NCBI GenBank assembly: GCA_028826165.1
Contig: JAPDFW010000009.1
Location: 1-64,000 of the forward strand
Reading direction: 5' to 3'
Source of the DNA: Anaeramoeba ignava BMAN
Lineage: Eukaryota > Protista > Anaeramoebae
Length of the DNA stretch: 64,000 bases
In this document: piece by piece, positions 1 to 11,700 of the stretch
How the letters are laid out: each line of letters opens with the position of its first letter
How positions within the stretch are numbered: the stretch's first letter is position 1
The notes under the pieces: generated by a model
Seen by the model: the letters and a program-made list of their open reading frames with translations, nothing else
Databases searched by the model: none
Told to the model about the DNA's origin: nothing
Translations under genes and position numbers: made by a program

Positions 1-1515
1 ATATCGATGATGTTTATTATTGTTCTTATAAAGAATTGGAAGCCATTTTAATCACCAACATTATTTATGCAATAACGTCGATTGTTTGAATGCTGATTTG
101 TTGCTTTTTGAGACAAAAAATTGTCCCAATCCTTTCTATGAAACATTTTGAAAATTTCATAAAGAAAATAATAATTTAGCAAATCCAAAATTGGGATCTG
201 CAGAAAAATCCCAACACAAAGAAAATCACCACAATTCCAATTATAAAAGCAATTATTATGATAGAAGAAACTGCAAATTTTATTCGATATGGAAATGATT
301 TCCAAAATAATTTTCAAATTGAAAATCTCTTTTTGCAAAAAACTTATGTTGATCACTTGAATCAGAAAAAGCATTTTTGAGGCAAAACAAAAATGCCCAT
401 TTGTTTAAAATCGGCATAATTATGAAATGATAAAACTCAAAGAATTTTAATGAAAAATTTCCTATAAATTTGTTTTTGGAAAAGTTAATACTGCTTATTT
501 TTATACTTTTTATCAACATTATTTAATTCGATTTCTTGGAAAAAATAATTAATGATATTATTGAAATTTTATTCCTAATAAGAAACTTAACAAGACTTGT
601 ACGATTATAGATCGAAAAGAAATGTGTTAAAAATCTATTTCCTGATTTGAATGAAACTATAAAAAGAAGAAGAACAAAAAGAAATGAAAAATTGAAAAAC
701 AACTGAAAAGAATATGAATATGAATATGGAATATAAAAATGAAAAATGAATATAAAATGAAAATGAAAATGAAAAACAAAATCAAAATCAATATGAAAAT
801 AAAAATGAAAAACAAAATCAAAATCAATATGAAAATCAAAACTGGCAAAAATCAATATATGAAAATAAATATGAAAATCAATATGAAAATCAAAATGAAT
901 ATCAAAACGAATATCAAAACGAATATCAAAAACGAATATCAAAACCAACATTTTTATCAATATGAAAATCCATATGAAAACGAATATCAATATCAAAATC
1001 AAAATCAATATCAATATCGAAATCAATATCGAAATCAATATCGAAATCAATATCAAAATCAATATCAAAATCAATATCAAAATCAAAATCAATATCAATA
1101 TCAAAATCAAAATCAAAATCAATATCAAAATCAAAATCAAAATCAATATCAAAATCAATATCAAAATCAATATCAAAATCAAAATCAAAATCAATATCAA
1201 TATCAAAATCAATATCAAAATAAAAATCAAAATCAAAATCAAAATAATCAAAATAATCAAAATAATCAAAATAATCAAAATAATCAAAATCAAAATCAAA
1301 ATAATCAAAATAATCAAAATAATCAAAATAATCAAAATCAAAATACAAAGAAATATCAAAAGAAAATTAAAGAAAAAAATAATTTATTCACTCAAGAAGA
1401 TTTTCCAGATTTATTACAATCATTAGAAGAACCAAAACAAATAACAAAAAAAGGAACTCAAAATTCAAAAAGAAAAAATTCAAGAAGGAAAAAAAAAGTT
1501 CAAAAATTGATTTAA
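1..1515 (+). CDS. 3' part of a ZNF598/Hel2-like RQC E3 ligase (starts upstream of window; several frameshifts)
   Basis: Pieced frames at 3-120 read DDVYYCSYKELE / HFNHQHYLCNNVDCLNAD / FVAFET, resembling the ZNF598 C2H2 region (YYxxYxxLxxHFxxxHYLCxxxxCL..FVxF). C-terminus has a QN/QY low-complexity tract and an EDFPDL motif; stop at 1513-1515. Confidence 0.55.
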
Positions 1516-1620
1516 AATTAATTTAAAATTGATTAAAAATTGATTTAAAAATTGATTTAAAAAATTGATTAAAAATTGATTTAAAAAATTGATTAAAAAT
1601 TGATTTAAAAAATTGATTTG
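1502..1620 (+). repeat. 12-13 bp tandem repeat AAAATTGATT(T)A starting in the last codons of the upstream gene
   Basis: About 9 copies; the unit matches the terminal codons AAA TTG ATT TAA. Confidence 0.8.
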
Positions 1621-1653
1621 AAATTCTTTTATTATAAAAAATAACAGAAAAAA

Positions 1654-2132
1654 TCATTTTTTTTGATTTATTGATTTTAATTGAGTCAAATCACCAATTG
1701 GTTGATATAATTCTGTTTCTAATTCATAAAGTGCAGCTGTTATTTCTTGTCTAATTTCTTGAAGTTTTGAATCATTTTTTTCTTTTTGATTTTTTAATTT
1801 CATTTTTTGATCTTCAATATTTTTATTTCTTGAAACATCATCACTAATTATTAATACTCTCTTTAATTCTGAAATAACTTGTAAAATATTTTGAGAAGAA
1901 ACAGCCTAAAAAAAAATGATTGAATTTTTTATTTATTTTTTTAATTGGATTTTAAATGAAACTTTTTTTTTAAAATTTTTTTAAAAATAACAATTTGTTC
2001 TGCTTGAAGTAATAATTGAAATGTTTCTTGATAATTTTGAGGATTTTTATTAATTTTAGCTGTATCAAATATTTTTGAAAAGTTTTTTATCATTAATTCC
2101 ATTTCATTTTTAGTTATTTTAAGAGGATCCAT
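1654..2132 (-). CDS. MED22: Mediator subunit Med22 (Srb6/SURF5), 2 exons, intron 1906-1991
   Basis: Spliced protein ...MIKNFSKIFDTAKI...QAEQI|AVSSQNILQVISELKRVLIISD...LQEIRQEITAALYELETELY matches the Med22 pattern (NF..I...AKI; SDLK..LIL.D; LYELE.EYY). Confidence 0.85.
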
Positions 2133-2226
2133 TTTTTAAAAAATGAAAAAATAAAAAAATGATTTTTAAAAAATATTTTTTTTTCATTTTTCATTTTTCA
2201 TTTTTCCATTTTCCATTTATTTTTAA
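2133..2226. promoter_or_regulatory. Compact bidirectional promoter with TCATT initiator-like motifs on both strands (example; also 26106-26212, 57323-57420, 63072-63180)
   Basis: AATGAAAAA then repeated TTTTCATTTT within ~100 bp between divergent ATGs; resembles the parabasalid TCAY initiator. Confidence 0.6.
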
Positions 2227-4384
2227 ATGAGGTTTGTTTTAATTACAAAATATAGTTTAATTTAAAAATATAATTTAATTTCAAAATATAATTTAATTTC
2301 AAAATATAATTTAATTACAAAATATAATTTAATTTCAAAATATAATTTAATTTCAAAATATAATTTAAATAAAAAATATAATTTAATTCCAAAATATAAT
2401 TTAATTCCAAAAATATAATTTAATTACAAAATATAATTTAATTTCAAAATATACTTAATTTCAAAATATAATTTAATTCCAAAATATAATTTAATTACAA
2501 AATATAATTTAATTACAAAATATAATTTAATTTCAAAAATATAATTTAATTACAAAAATATAATTTAATTTAAAAATATAATTTAATTTCAAAATATAAT
2601 TTAATTTAAAAATATAATTTAATTACAAAATATAATTTAATTACAAAATATAATTTAATTACAAAATATAATTTAATTTCTAAAAATATAATTTAATTTC
2701 AAAATATAATTTAATTACAAAAATATAATTTAATTTCAAAAATATAATTTAATTTCAAAAATATAATTTAATTACAAAATATAATTTAATTTTAAAAATA
2801 TAATTTAATTACAAAATATAATTTAATTTCAAAAAATATAATTTAATTACAAAATATAATTTAATTTCAAAAATATAATTTAATTTCAAAATATAATTTA
2901 ATTTTAAAAATATAATTTAATTGCAAAATATAATTTAATTTAAAAATATAATTTAATTAAATATAATTTTAAAAATATAATTTAATTCCAAAATATAATT
3001 TAATTAAAAATATAATTTAATTTCAAAAATTAAAATATAATTTAATTTCAAAAATAATTTAATTCAAAAATATAATTTAATTTAAAAATATAATTTAATT
3101 TCAAAAATATAATTTAATTTCAAAATATAATTTAATTACAAAATATAATTTAATTAAAAAATTTAATTTAAAATATAATTTAATTTCAAAAAATATAATT
3201 TAATTACAAAAATATAATTTAATTTAAAAATATAATTTAATTTAAAATATAATTTAATTACAAAAATATAATTTAATTTAAAAATATAATTTAATTTAAA
3301 AATATAATTTAATTTAAAAATATAATTTAATTTCAAAAATATAATTTAAAAATATAATTTAATTTAAAAATATAATTTAATTTAAAAATATAATTTAATT
3401 TCAAAAATATAATTTAATTACAAAAATATAATTTAATTTAAAAATATAATTTAATTACAAAATATAATTTAATTACAAAATATAATTTAATTACAAAATA
3501 TAATTTAATTTCAAAATATAATTTAATTTCAAAATATAATTTCAAAAATATAATTTAATTTAAAAATATAATTTTAATTATAAAATATAATTTAATTTTA
3601 AAAATATAATTTAATTTAAAAATATAATTTAATTCAAAAATATAATTTAATTTCAAAAATATAATTTAATTCAAAAATATAATTTAATTTCAAAATATAA
3701 TTTAATTTAAAAATATAATTTAATTATAAAAATATAATTTAATTATAAAATATAATTTAATTATAAAATATAATTTAATTACAAAATATAATTTTAATAT
3801 AAAATATAATTTAATTTCAAAAATATAATTTAATTACAAAATATAATTTAATTACAAAATATAATTTAATTATAAAAATATAATTTAATTTCAAAATATA
3901 ATTTAATTACAAAATATAATTTAATTACAAAATATAATTTAATTATAAAATATAATTTAATTACAAAATATAATTTAATTTTAAAATATAATTTAATTTA
4001 AAAATATAATTTAATTCCAAAATATAATTTAATTACAAAATATAATTTAATTACAAAATATAATTTAGTCAAGTTATTCAAAGAGATTTTGAAATAATTG
4101 AAGAAATTGAACAAATCCGAAAAGAAGTAAAAAAAATAATAGAAGAAGATGAAACAAAATATAAAGAAGCAAAAAAAATGAAAATAAAAGAAAAAGAAGA
4201 AGACGAACAAAAAAACAAATGTGACATTTGTGGAAATCCAAAAACAGAAATTTGTACTTTAAAAGTATGTCCTCATACTTTTTGTAGAAAAAAATGTATT
4301 GAATCTTATGTTCAAAGAAAAACAAAAATGTCCAACTTGTAAAAACCTGCCAAAATTTCAGATATTAAACAAGTTTATGTTTAA
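2227..4384 (+). CDS. Small C3HC4 RING-finger protein; 5-nt coding first exon (2227-2231), 1837-nt satellite intron (2232-4068), exon 2 4069-4384 with two apparent homopolymer frameshifts near 4320-4345
   Basis: ATG AG|GTTTGT ... atttag|T CAA gives MSQVIQRDFEII...KCDICGNPKTEICTLKVCPHTFCRKKCIESYVQRK-(fs)-KCPTCK-(fs)-PAKISDIKQVYV*; TCATT motifs upstream. Confidence 0.75.
2240..4068 (+). repeat. Intronic satellite, 18-20 bp unit AAAATATAATTTAATT(A/T)C
   Basis: Directly visible tandem array filling the RING-gene intron. Confidence 0.95.
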
Positions 4385-4489
4385 GTTTTTATTCAAAATT
4401 AAAATTAAAAAATTTTTTTATTTTTTTTCATTTTTTTTCATTTTTTTCTTTTCAAAAAAAATTATAAAATTATAAAATAAAAAAAGAAA

Positions 4490-6373
4490 ATGAATGATTG
4501 TTTATTTTTTGGAAGAAATGAATATCCAAAACTTATCAAAAATGAACCAAATCAAATAACAAAACCAATTCAATTTAAATTTGAAAATGAAAATGAAAAT
4601 GAAAATGAAAATGAAAATGAAAATGAAAATGAAAATGAAAATGAAAATAAAAATGAAAATAAAAATGAAAATGAAAATGAAAATGAAAATGAAAATGAAA
4701 ATGAAAAACAAATTAAACAAATTTCATCAAGTGATTTTTCAACAATTTTCCTTTTTAAAAATGGAAAAGCAATAGAATATCTAAATGAACAATATTTAAA
4801 AAATCCAAATCAAAATCCTGAAAAAATCCAAATTGAAAATATTCAAAAAGTAACTGTTGGTTGGGAAAATGAAGCTATTTTAACAATAGAAGGAAATGTA
4901 TTTGCCAAAGGATTTAATATCAATTCAAATAATTCAAAAGAATTTATCAATATTTCATCATTAATTGAAGATACAAATGATAGAATAATTGAAGATATTG
5001 TTTCTGGAATCTTTTCAATTTATTTATTAACTTCAAATCAAAATGTTTATGGAATTGGTTCAAATAATTTTGGTCAACTTGGCTTAGATTCTGAAATACT
5101 TAAAAAAACACAAAAACCAATTTTAATGATGAAAAATGTTTCTAAAATATTTTCAGGAAATACTTCACATCGAATTTTTCTTTTAAATTCAAATCAAGAA
5201 TTATTTGGATGTGGCTTAAATAGATATGGTCAACTTGGATTAGGAGAATCAAAAAAAGACAAACCCAAAAAATTAACCAAAATCCAAAATATTCCAAAAG
5301 GCAAAATAATTGATATTCAATGTGGAAATTTTCATTCAATAATGTTGATTGAAAATGAAAATGAAAATGAAAATGAAAATGAAAATCCAAAAAGAAAAAT
5401 TTATTCATGTGGTTATTATGAATATAATGGACTTGGCAAAAATGAAAATACTTATGAATTTACTGAAATCAAATCATCTTTATTTGAAAATGATAATAAT
5501 ATTCTTGATTTTTCTGTTGGAGATGAATCTACTTTGATCTTAACAACAAATTCAAAATTAATAGTATTTGGAAACAATTCTTATGGTCAATTAGGAATTG
5601 AAGATACAAAAGAGCAATCAATTCCAATTCAAATTGAACTTCCTAAATTAAGATTTAATGAAAATATTTCCAATTATCATGTTCTTTGTGGATATGAAAA
5701 ATCATTTATTTATTATTCTCCTTTTTCTTTTTCCAATCTTGAAGAAGATTTGATAAAATTATTTGAAAGAAAAGAATTTTGTGATATTTCATTTAAAACC
5801 AAAAATGGAGAAATAATCAAAGCTCATAATTTAATATTGAAATATAGATTAAAAGATGAAAATCAAATTGAAAAACTTCAAGAAATTATTTCAAAAAAAT
5901 CAATTAAAGAATCAAATCAAATATTTGAAATGATTTATTCAAACAAAATAATAAATCCAATATTATATTCTGAAATTAAAGAAATTATAAATTCAAATGA
6001 AAAAATTGAAGAAACAATGAAAAGAATTTATTTAAATGAAAATGAAAATGAAAAAGATTTTATAATTGAAAAAAAAGAAAAACAATATAAATTTCCAAAA
6101 TTAATATTAATAATGAGAAGTGAATTATATCGAGGAATGTTTTTATCTGTAACAAATGATAAATCAAATAAAGTTACAGATTATAGTGAATTAAGTAATA
6201 AATCATTTCAAATATTTGAATATTGGATTTATTCAAATCAAATTAAAGATGAAATTCAAATTACACAAGAAATAATTAATGAAATTCAAATTGGAATTGA
6301 TTATTTTCAATTAAATGAAACAAATCCAAATTTATTTGATTTATTAATTAACAAATTTAATAATCAAAATTAA
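4490..6373 (+). CDS. RCC1-repeat beta-propeller + BTB-like domain protein, copy A (intronless)
   Basis: GxNxxGQLG and CGxxHS RCC1 motifs; C-terminal FCDISF...AHNLILKYR and KLILIMRSELYRGMF BTB-like segments. Confidence 0.9.
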   Translation: MNDCLFFGRNEYPKLIKNEPNQITKPIQFKFENENENENENENENENENENENKNENKNENENENENENENEKQIKQISSSDFSTIFLFKNGKAIEYLNEQYLKNPNQNPEKIQIENIQKVTVGWENEAILTIEGNVFAKGFNINSNNSKEFINISSLIEDTNDRIIEDIVSGIFSIYLLTSNQNVYGIGSNNFGQLGLDSEILKKTQKPILMMKNVSKIFSGNTSHRIFLLNSNQELFGCGLNRYGQLGLGESKKDKPKKLTKIQNIPKGKIIDIQCGNFHSIMLIENENENENENENPKRKIYSCGYYEYNGLGKNENTYEFTEIKSSLFENDNNILDFSVGDESTLILTTNSKLIVFGNNSYGQLGIEDTKEQSIPIQIELPKLRFNENISNYHVLCGYEKSFIYYSPFSFSNLEEDLIKLFERKEFCDISFKTKNGEIIKAHNLILKYRLKDENQIEKLQEIISKKSIKESNQIFEMIYSNKIINPILYSEIKEIINSNEKIEETMKRIYLNENENEKDFIIEKKEKQYKFPKLILIMRSELYRGMFLSVTNDKSNKVTDYSELSNKSFQIFEYWIYSNQIKDEIQITQEIINEIQIGIDYFQLNETNPNLFDLLINKFNNQN

Positions 6374-6498
6374 AATTAAAATTAAAATTAAAAATTAAAA
6401 TTAAAATTAAAATTAAAATTAAAATCAAAATCAAAATTAAAATTAAAATTAAAATTAAAATTCCAAAATTCATTTTTTTCATTTTTTTTCTTTTTAAA

Positions 6499-8262
6499 AT
6501 GAATGAAATTTTATTTTTTGGAAGAAATGAATATCCAAAATTTATCAAAAATGAACCAAATCAAATAACAAAACCAATTCAATTTAAATTTGAAAATGAA
6601 AATGAAAATGAAAATGAAAAACAAATTAAACAAATTTCATCAAGTGATTTTTCAACAATTTTCCTTTTTAAAAATGGAAAAGCAATAGAATATCTAAATG
6701 AACAATATTTAAAAAATCCAAATCAAAATCCTTCAAAAATTCAAATTGAAAATATTCAAAAAGTAACTGTTGGTTGGGAAAATGAAGCTATTTTAACAAA
6801 AGAAGGAAATGTATTTGCTAAAGGAAGATATATTAATCCAAAAGAATTTATCAATATTTCATCATTAATTGAAGATACAAATGATAGAGTAATCCAAGAT
6901 ATTGTTTCTGGAATATTTTCAATTTATTTATTAACTTCAAATCAAAATGTTTATGGAATTGGTTCAAATAATTTTGGTCAACTTGGTTTTGATTCTGAAA
7001 TACTTAAAAAAACAGAAAAACCAATTTTAATGATGAAAAATGTTTCTAAAATATTTTCAGGAAATACTTCACATCGAATTTTTCTTTTAAATTCAAATCA
7101 AGAATTATTTGGATGTGGCTTAAATAGATATGGTCAAATTGGATTAGGAGAATCAAAAAAAGACAAACCCAAAAAATTAACCAAAATCCAAAATATTCCA
7201 AAAGGCAAAATAATTGATATTCAATCTGGAAATTTTCATTCAATAATGTTGATTGAAAATGAAAATGAAAATGAAAATCCAAAAAGAAAACTTTATTCAT
7301 CTGGGTATTATGAATGTAATGGACTTGGCAAAAATGAAAATACTTATGAATTTACTGAAATCAAATCATCTTTATTTGAAAATGATGATAATATTCTTGA
7401 TTTTTCTGTTGGAGATGAATTTACTTTGATTTTAACTTCCAATTCAAAATTAATTGGATTTGGACATAATGAATATGGTCAATTAGGAACTGGAGATACA
7501 AATAATCAATTAATCCCAATTCAAATTGAACTTCCTAAATTAAGATTTAATGAAGATATTTCTAATTATCATCTTTCTTGTGGTTCTTATAAATCATTTA
7601 TTTATTATTCTCCTCTTTCTTTTTCCAATCTTGAAGAAGATTTGATAAAATTATTTGAAAGAAAAGAATTTTGTGATATTTCATTTAAAATCAAAAATGG
7701 AGAAATAATTGAAGCTCATAAATTAATATTGAAATATAGATTAAATCAAAATGAAAATGAAAAACTTCAAGAAATTATTTCAAAAAAATCAATTAAAGAA
7801 TCAAATCAAATATTTGAAATGATTTATTCAAACAAAATAATAAATCCAATATTATATTCTGAAATTAAAGAAATTATAAATTCCAATGAAAAAATAGAAG
7901 AAACAATTAAAAGAATTTATTTAAATGAAAATGAAAATGAAAAAGATTTTATAATTGAAAAAAAAGAAAAACAATATAAATTTCCAAAATTAATATTAAT
8001 AATGAGAAGTGAATTATATCGAGGAATGTTTTTATCTGTAACAAATGATAAATCAAATAAAGTTACAGATTATAGTGAATTAAGTAATGAATCGTTTCAA
8101 ATATTTGAATATTGGATTTATTCAAATCAAATTAAAGATGAAATTCAAATTACAAAAGAAATTATTGATGAAATTAAAATTGGAATTGATTATTTTCAAT
8201 TAAATGAAACAAATCCAAATTTATTTGATTTATTAATTAATAAATTTAATAATCAAAATTAA
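6499..8262 (+). CDS. RCC1-repeat + BTB protein, copy B
   Basis: 587-aa ORF, close paralog of copy A. Confidence 0.9.
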   Translation: MNEILFFGRNEYPKFIKNEPNQITKPIQFKFENENENENEKQIKQISSSDFSTIFLFKNGKAIEYLNEQYLKNPNQNPSKIQIENIQKVTVGWENEAILTKEGNVFAKGRYINPKEFINISSLIEDTNDRVIQDIVSGIFSIYLLTSNQNVYGIGSNNFGQLGFDSEILKKTEKPILMMKNVSKIFSGNTSHRIFLLNSNQELFGCGLNRYGQIGLGESKKDKPKKLTKIQNIPKGKIIDIQSGNFHSIMLIENENENENPKRKLYSSGYYECNGLGKNENTYEFTEIKSSLFENDDNILDFSVGDEFTLILTSNSKLIGFGHNEYGQLGTGDTNNQLIPIQIELPKLRFNEDISNYHLSCGSYKSFIYYSPLSFSNLEEDLIKLFERKEFCDISFKIKNGEIIEAHKLILKYRLNQNENEKLQEIISKKSIKESNQIFEMIYSNKIINPILYSEIKEIINSNEKIEETIKRIYLNENENEKDFIIEKKEKQYKFPKLILIMRSELYRGMFLSVTNDKSNKVTDYSELSNESFQIFEYWIYSNQIKDEIQITKEIIDEIKIGIDYFQLNETNPNLFDLLINKFNNQN

Positions 8263-8765
8263 AATTAAAATTAAAATTAAAATTAAAATTAAAATCAAAA
8301 TTAAAATTAAAATTAAAATTAAAATTAAAATTAAAATCAAAATTAAAATCAAAATTAAAAATTAAAATTAAAATTAAAATTAAAATTAAAATTAAAATCA
8401 AAATTAAATTTAAAATTAAAATTAAAATTAAAATTAAAATTAAAATTAAAATTAAATTTAAAATCAAAAACAAAATCCAAATTTATTTTTATTTATTAAT
8501 CAAAAAACTTTTCCAAAAATTCATTTTTTCATTTTTTCATTTTTTCCTTTTTCAAAAAAAATTAATAAAAAGAAAAAGTAATTATTTTTCTTTTCTTTTT
8601 CATTATAAAAAAAATAAATCAAAATAATAAAACATTTTCTTTAAATTCTTTTATAATTTAATTTATTTATTCAAAATAATTTATTTTATTTTAAAATTAA
8701 TCCAAAAAAAAGGTTATTTTCTATTATTTTTATTTCTTATTTTTTAATTTGGAATTTAATTCAAA

Positions 8766-11700
8766 ATGGAACAAATTCAAAATCAAATTAATGAACTTCA
8801 AAAAAGAATGAATGAAAAAGATAATCAAATTAATGAACTTCAAAAAAGAATGGATGAAAAAGATAAACAAATTAAAGAACTTCAACAAAATTTATTCAAT
8901 ATAATTCAAAATAATTATAACAATAATATTGATAATTATAATAATAATCAAAACACAAAACCAGAAAAAGAAAAAAAAGCAGAAAACTTTTTAGAATCAT
9001 TTTTAAATGAAAATCAAAATGAAAAAGAAAATGAAAGTAAATTTTTATTATTCTTATTTTATTTAATTAAAAATTCTTTCTAAATAAATAAATTTAAATA
9101 TATTATATTTATAAATAATTTAGAATTAATTTCAATTGAAGAAATTATAAATTTAATTAATCAATTTCCAAAAAATGAAAAAATTCAAGAAAATGGATGT
9201 TTTATTTTAGAAAAAATTTCAACAAAAAATGAAGGTAAATAATATTATTTTTAATTTAATTCAAAATTCAAAACTAATTTAAAAAAATAAAAATAAAGAA
9301 ATCCAAAAATTAAAAGGAATTGAAATTGCAAAATATCAAGGAATTTTATTTATTCTTAAAGCAATTAATAATTTTCCAAATAATCAAATTATTCAAGAAA
9401 AATCAATTTCAATTTTAGCTAATATTGCTTTTGATTCTCGTAATATTTTAATTTCCATTTTAATTTCAATTTTCCAAATTAAATTAAAATTGAATTAAAT
9501 TTAATTAAATTGAATAAAAAAATTACAAATAGAAAATCAAATTGAAATTAAAGAAATGAAAGGAATTGAACCAATTATTAAATCAATTATTAATTTTCCA
9601 AATAATAGAGATATTCAATTTCAAGGAATTAGATGCTTAAATAATCTTGCTTTAAATAATGGTAAATAAAAAAACAAAATAAATCAAAAGAAATAATCAA
9701 TTTAATATTTATTTTCTTCTCAAAAAAAAAATTACAAAAAGAAAATCAAATTGAAATTAGAGAATTAAAAGGAATTAAACCAATTATTAATGCAATGAAT
9801 AATTTCTCAAAAGATATAAATATTCAATCTGAAAGTTGTGATAGTTTATTTAATATTTCTCATAATGAAAGTAAATAATCAAGAATAAAACATAAAAATA
9901 AAAGATTTGATAATAATTCAATCAAAAATCAAAAATCAAAAATCAAAAATCAAAAATCAAAAATCCAAAAATCAAAAATCAAAAATCAAAAATCAAAAAA
10001 TCCAAAAATCAAAAATTAAACTTTTCTTGTTTTTGAAAAAAAACAAAAATAGAAAACAAAAACAAAATTAAAGAATTAAATGGAATTGAACCAATTATTC
10101 AATCAATGATTAATTTCCCAAATGATGAATATATTCAAAATAGTGGATGTAAAGTTTTAACAAATATTTCTATTAATGATGGTAAATTATTATTATAAAT
10201 TAAATTTATATCAAAAAATATTAATTAACTAAATAAATAAACAAAAATAGAAAACAAAATCCAAATTAAAGAATTAAATGGAATTGAACCAATTATTCAA
10301 TCAATGATTAATTTTCCAAATAATAGAGATATTCAATTTAATGGATGTGAAGCTTTAATTAATATTTCTATTAATAAAGGTAAATTATTATTAAACATTT
10401 TCAATCAAAAATCAAAAATCAAAAATCAAAAATCAAAAATCAAAAATCAAAAATCAAAAATCAAAAATCAAAAATCAAAAATCAAAAATCAAAAATCAAA
10501 AATCAAAAAATCCAAAAATCAAAAATTAAACTTTTCTTGTTTTTGAAAAAAAACAAAAATAGAAAACAAAATCCAAATTAGAGAATTAAATGGAATTGAA
10601 CCAATTATTCAATCAATGATTAATTTCCCAAATGATGAAGATATTCAAAATAGTGGATGTAAAGTTTTATCAAATATTTCTATTAATGATGGTAAATTAT
10701 TATTATTAATTAAATTAAATTTATATCAAAAAATATTAATTAACTAAATAAATAAACAAAAATAGAAAACAAAATCCAAATTAAAGAATTAAATGGAATT
10801 GAACCAATTATTCAATCAATGATTAATTTCCCAAATAATAGAGATATTCAATTTAATGGATGTGAAGCTTTAACAAATATTTCTATTAATAAAGGTAAAT
10901 TATTATTAAACATTTTCAATCTAAATCAAAAAATCAAAAATCAAAAAATCAAAAATCAAAAAATCCAAAAATCAAAAATTAAACTTTTCTTGTTTTTGAA
11001 AAAAAACAAAAATAGAAAACAAAATCCAAATTAAAGAATTAAATGGAATTGAACCAATTATTAAATCAATGATTAATTTCCCAAATGATAAAGATATTCA
11101 AAATAGTGGATGTAAAGTTTTATCAAATATTTCTATTAATGATGGTAAATTATTATTATTAATTAAATTTATATCAAAAAATATTAATTAAATAAACAAA
11201 TAAACAAAAATAGAAAACAAAATCCAAATTAGAGAATTAAATGGAATTGAACCAATTATTCAATCAATGATTAATTTCCCAAATGATAGAGATATTCAAT
11301 TTAATGGATGTGAAGCTTTAACAAATCTTTCTTTTAATAAAGGTAAATAATTATTAATTAAATTAAATAAATGAGAGAAATCAAAATAAAACAAATTATT
11401 TTCCATTAATTTTAATCCAAAATTTAATTAAATTAAAATAGAAAACAGAATCAAAATTGAAGAATTAAATGGAATTGAAATAATAATAATAAATCTAACA
11501 AAATCTGTATTTTATACTCAAGAAATCTATTATAATATATGTAAAGCTTTATCAAATTTTTCTTTAGATGAAGGTAAATAATAAAAAGAATAAACAATTT
11601 ATTTTATTTTCTTTTATTGATTTTAATTTATTTTATATCTTTTTTATTAAATCTAAAAACAAAATTGATTTTAAATTTCTTTCCAAAAAAATAGAAAATA

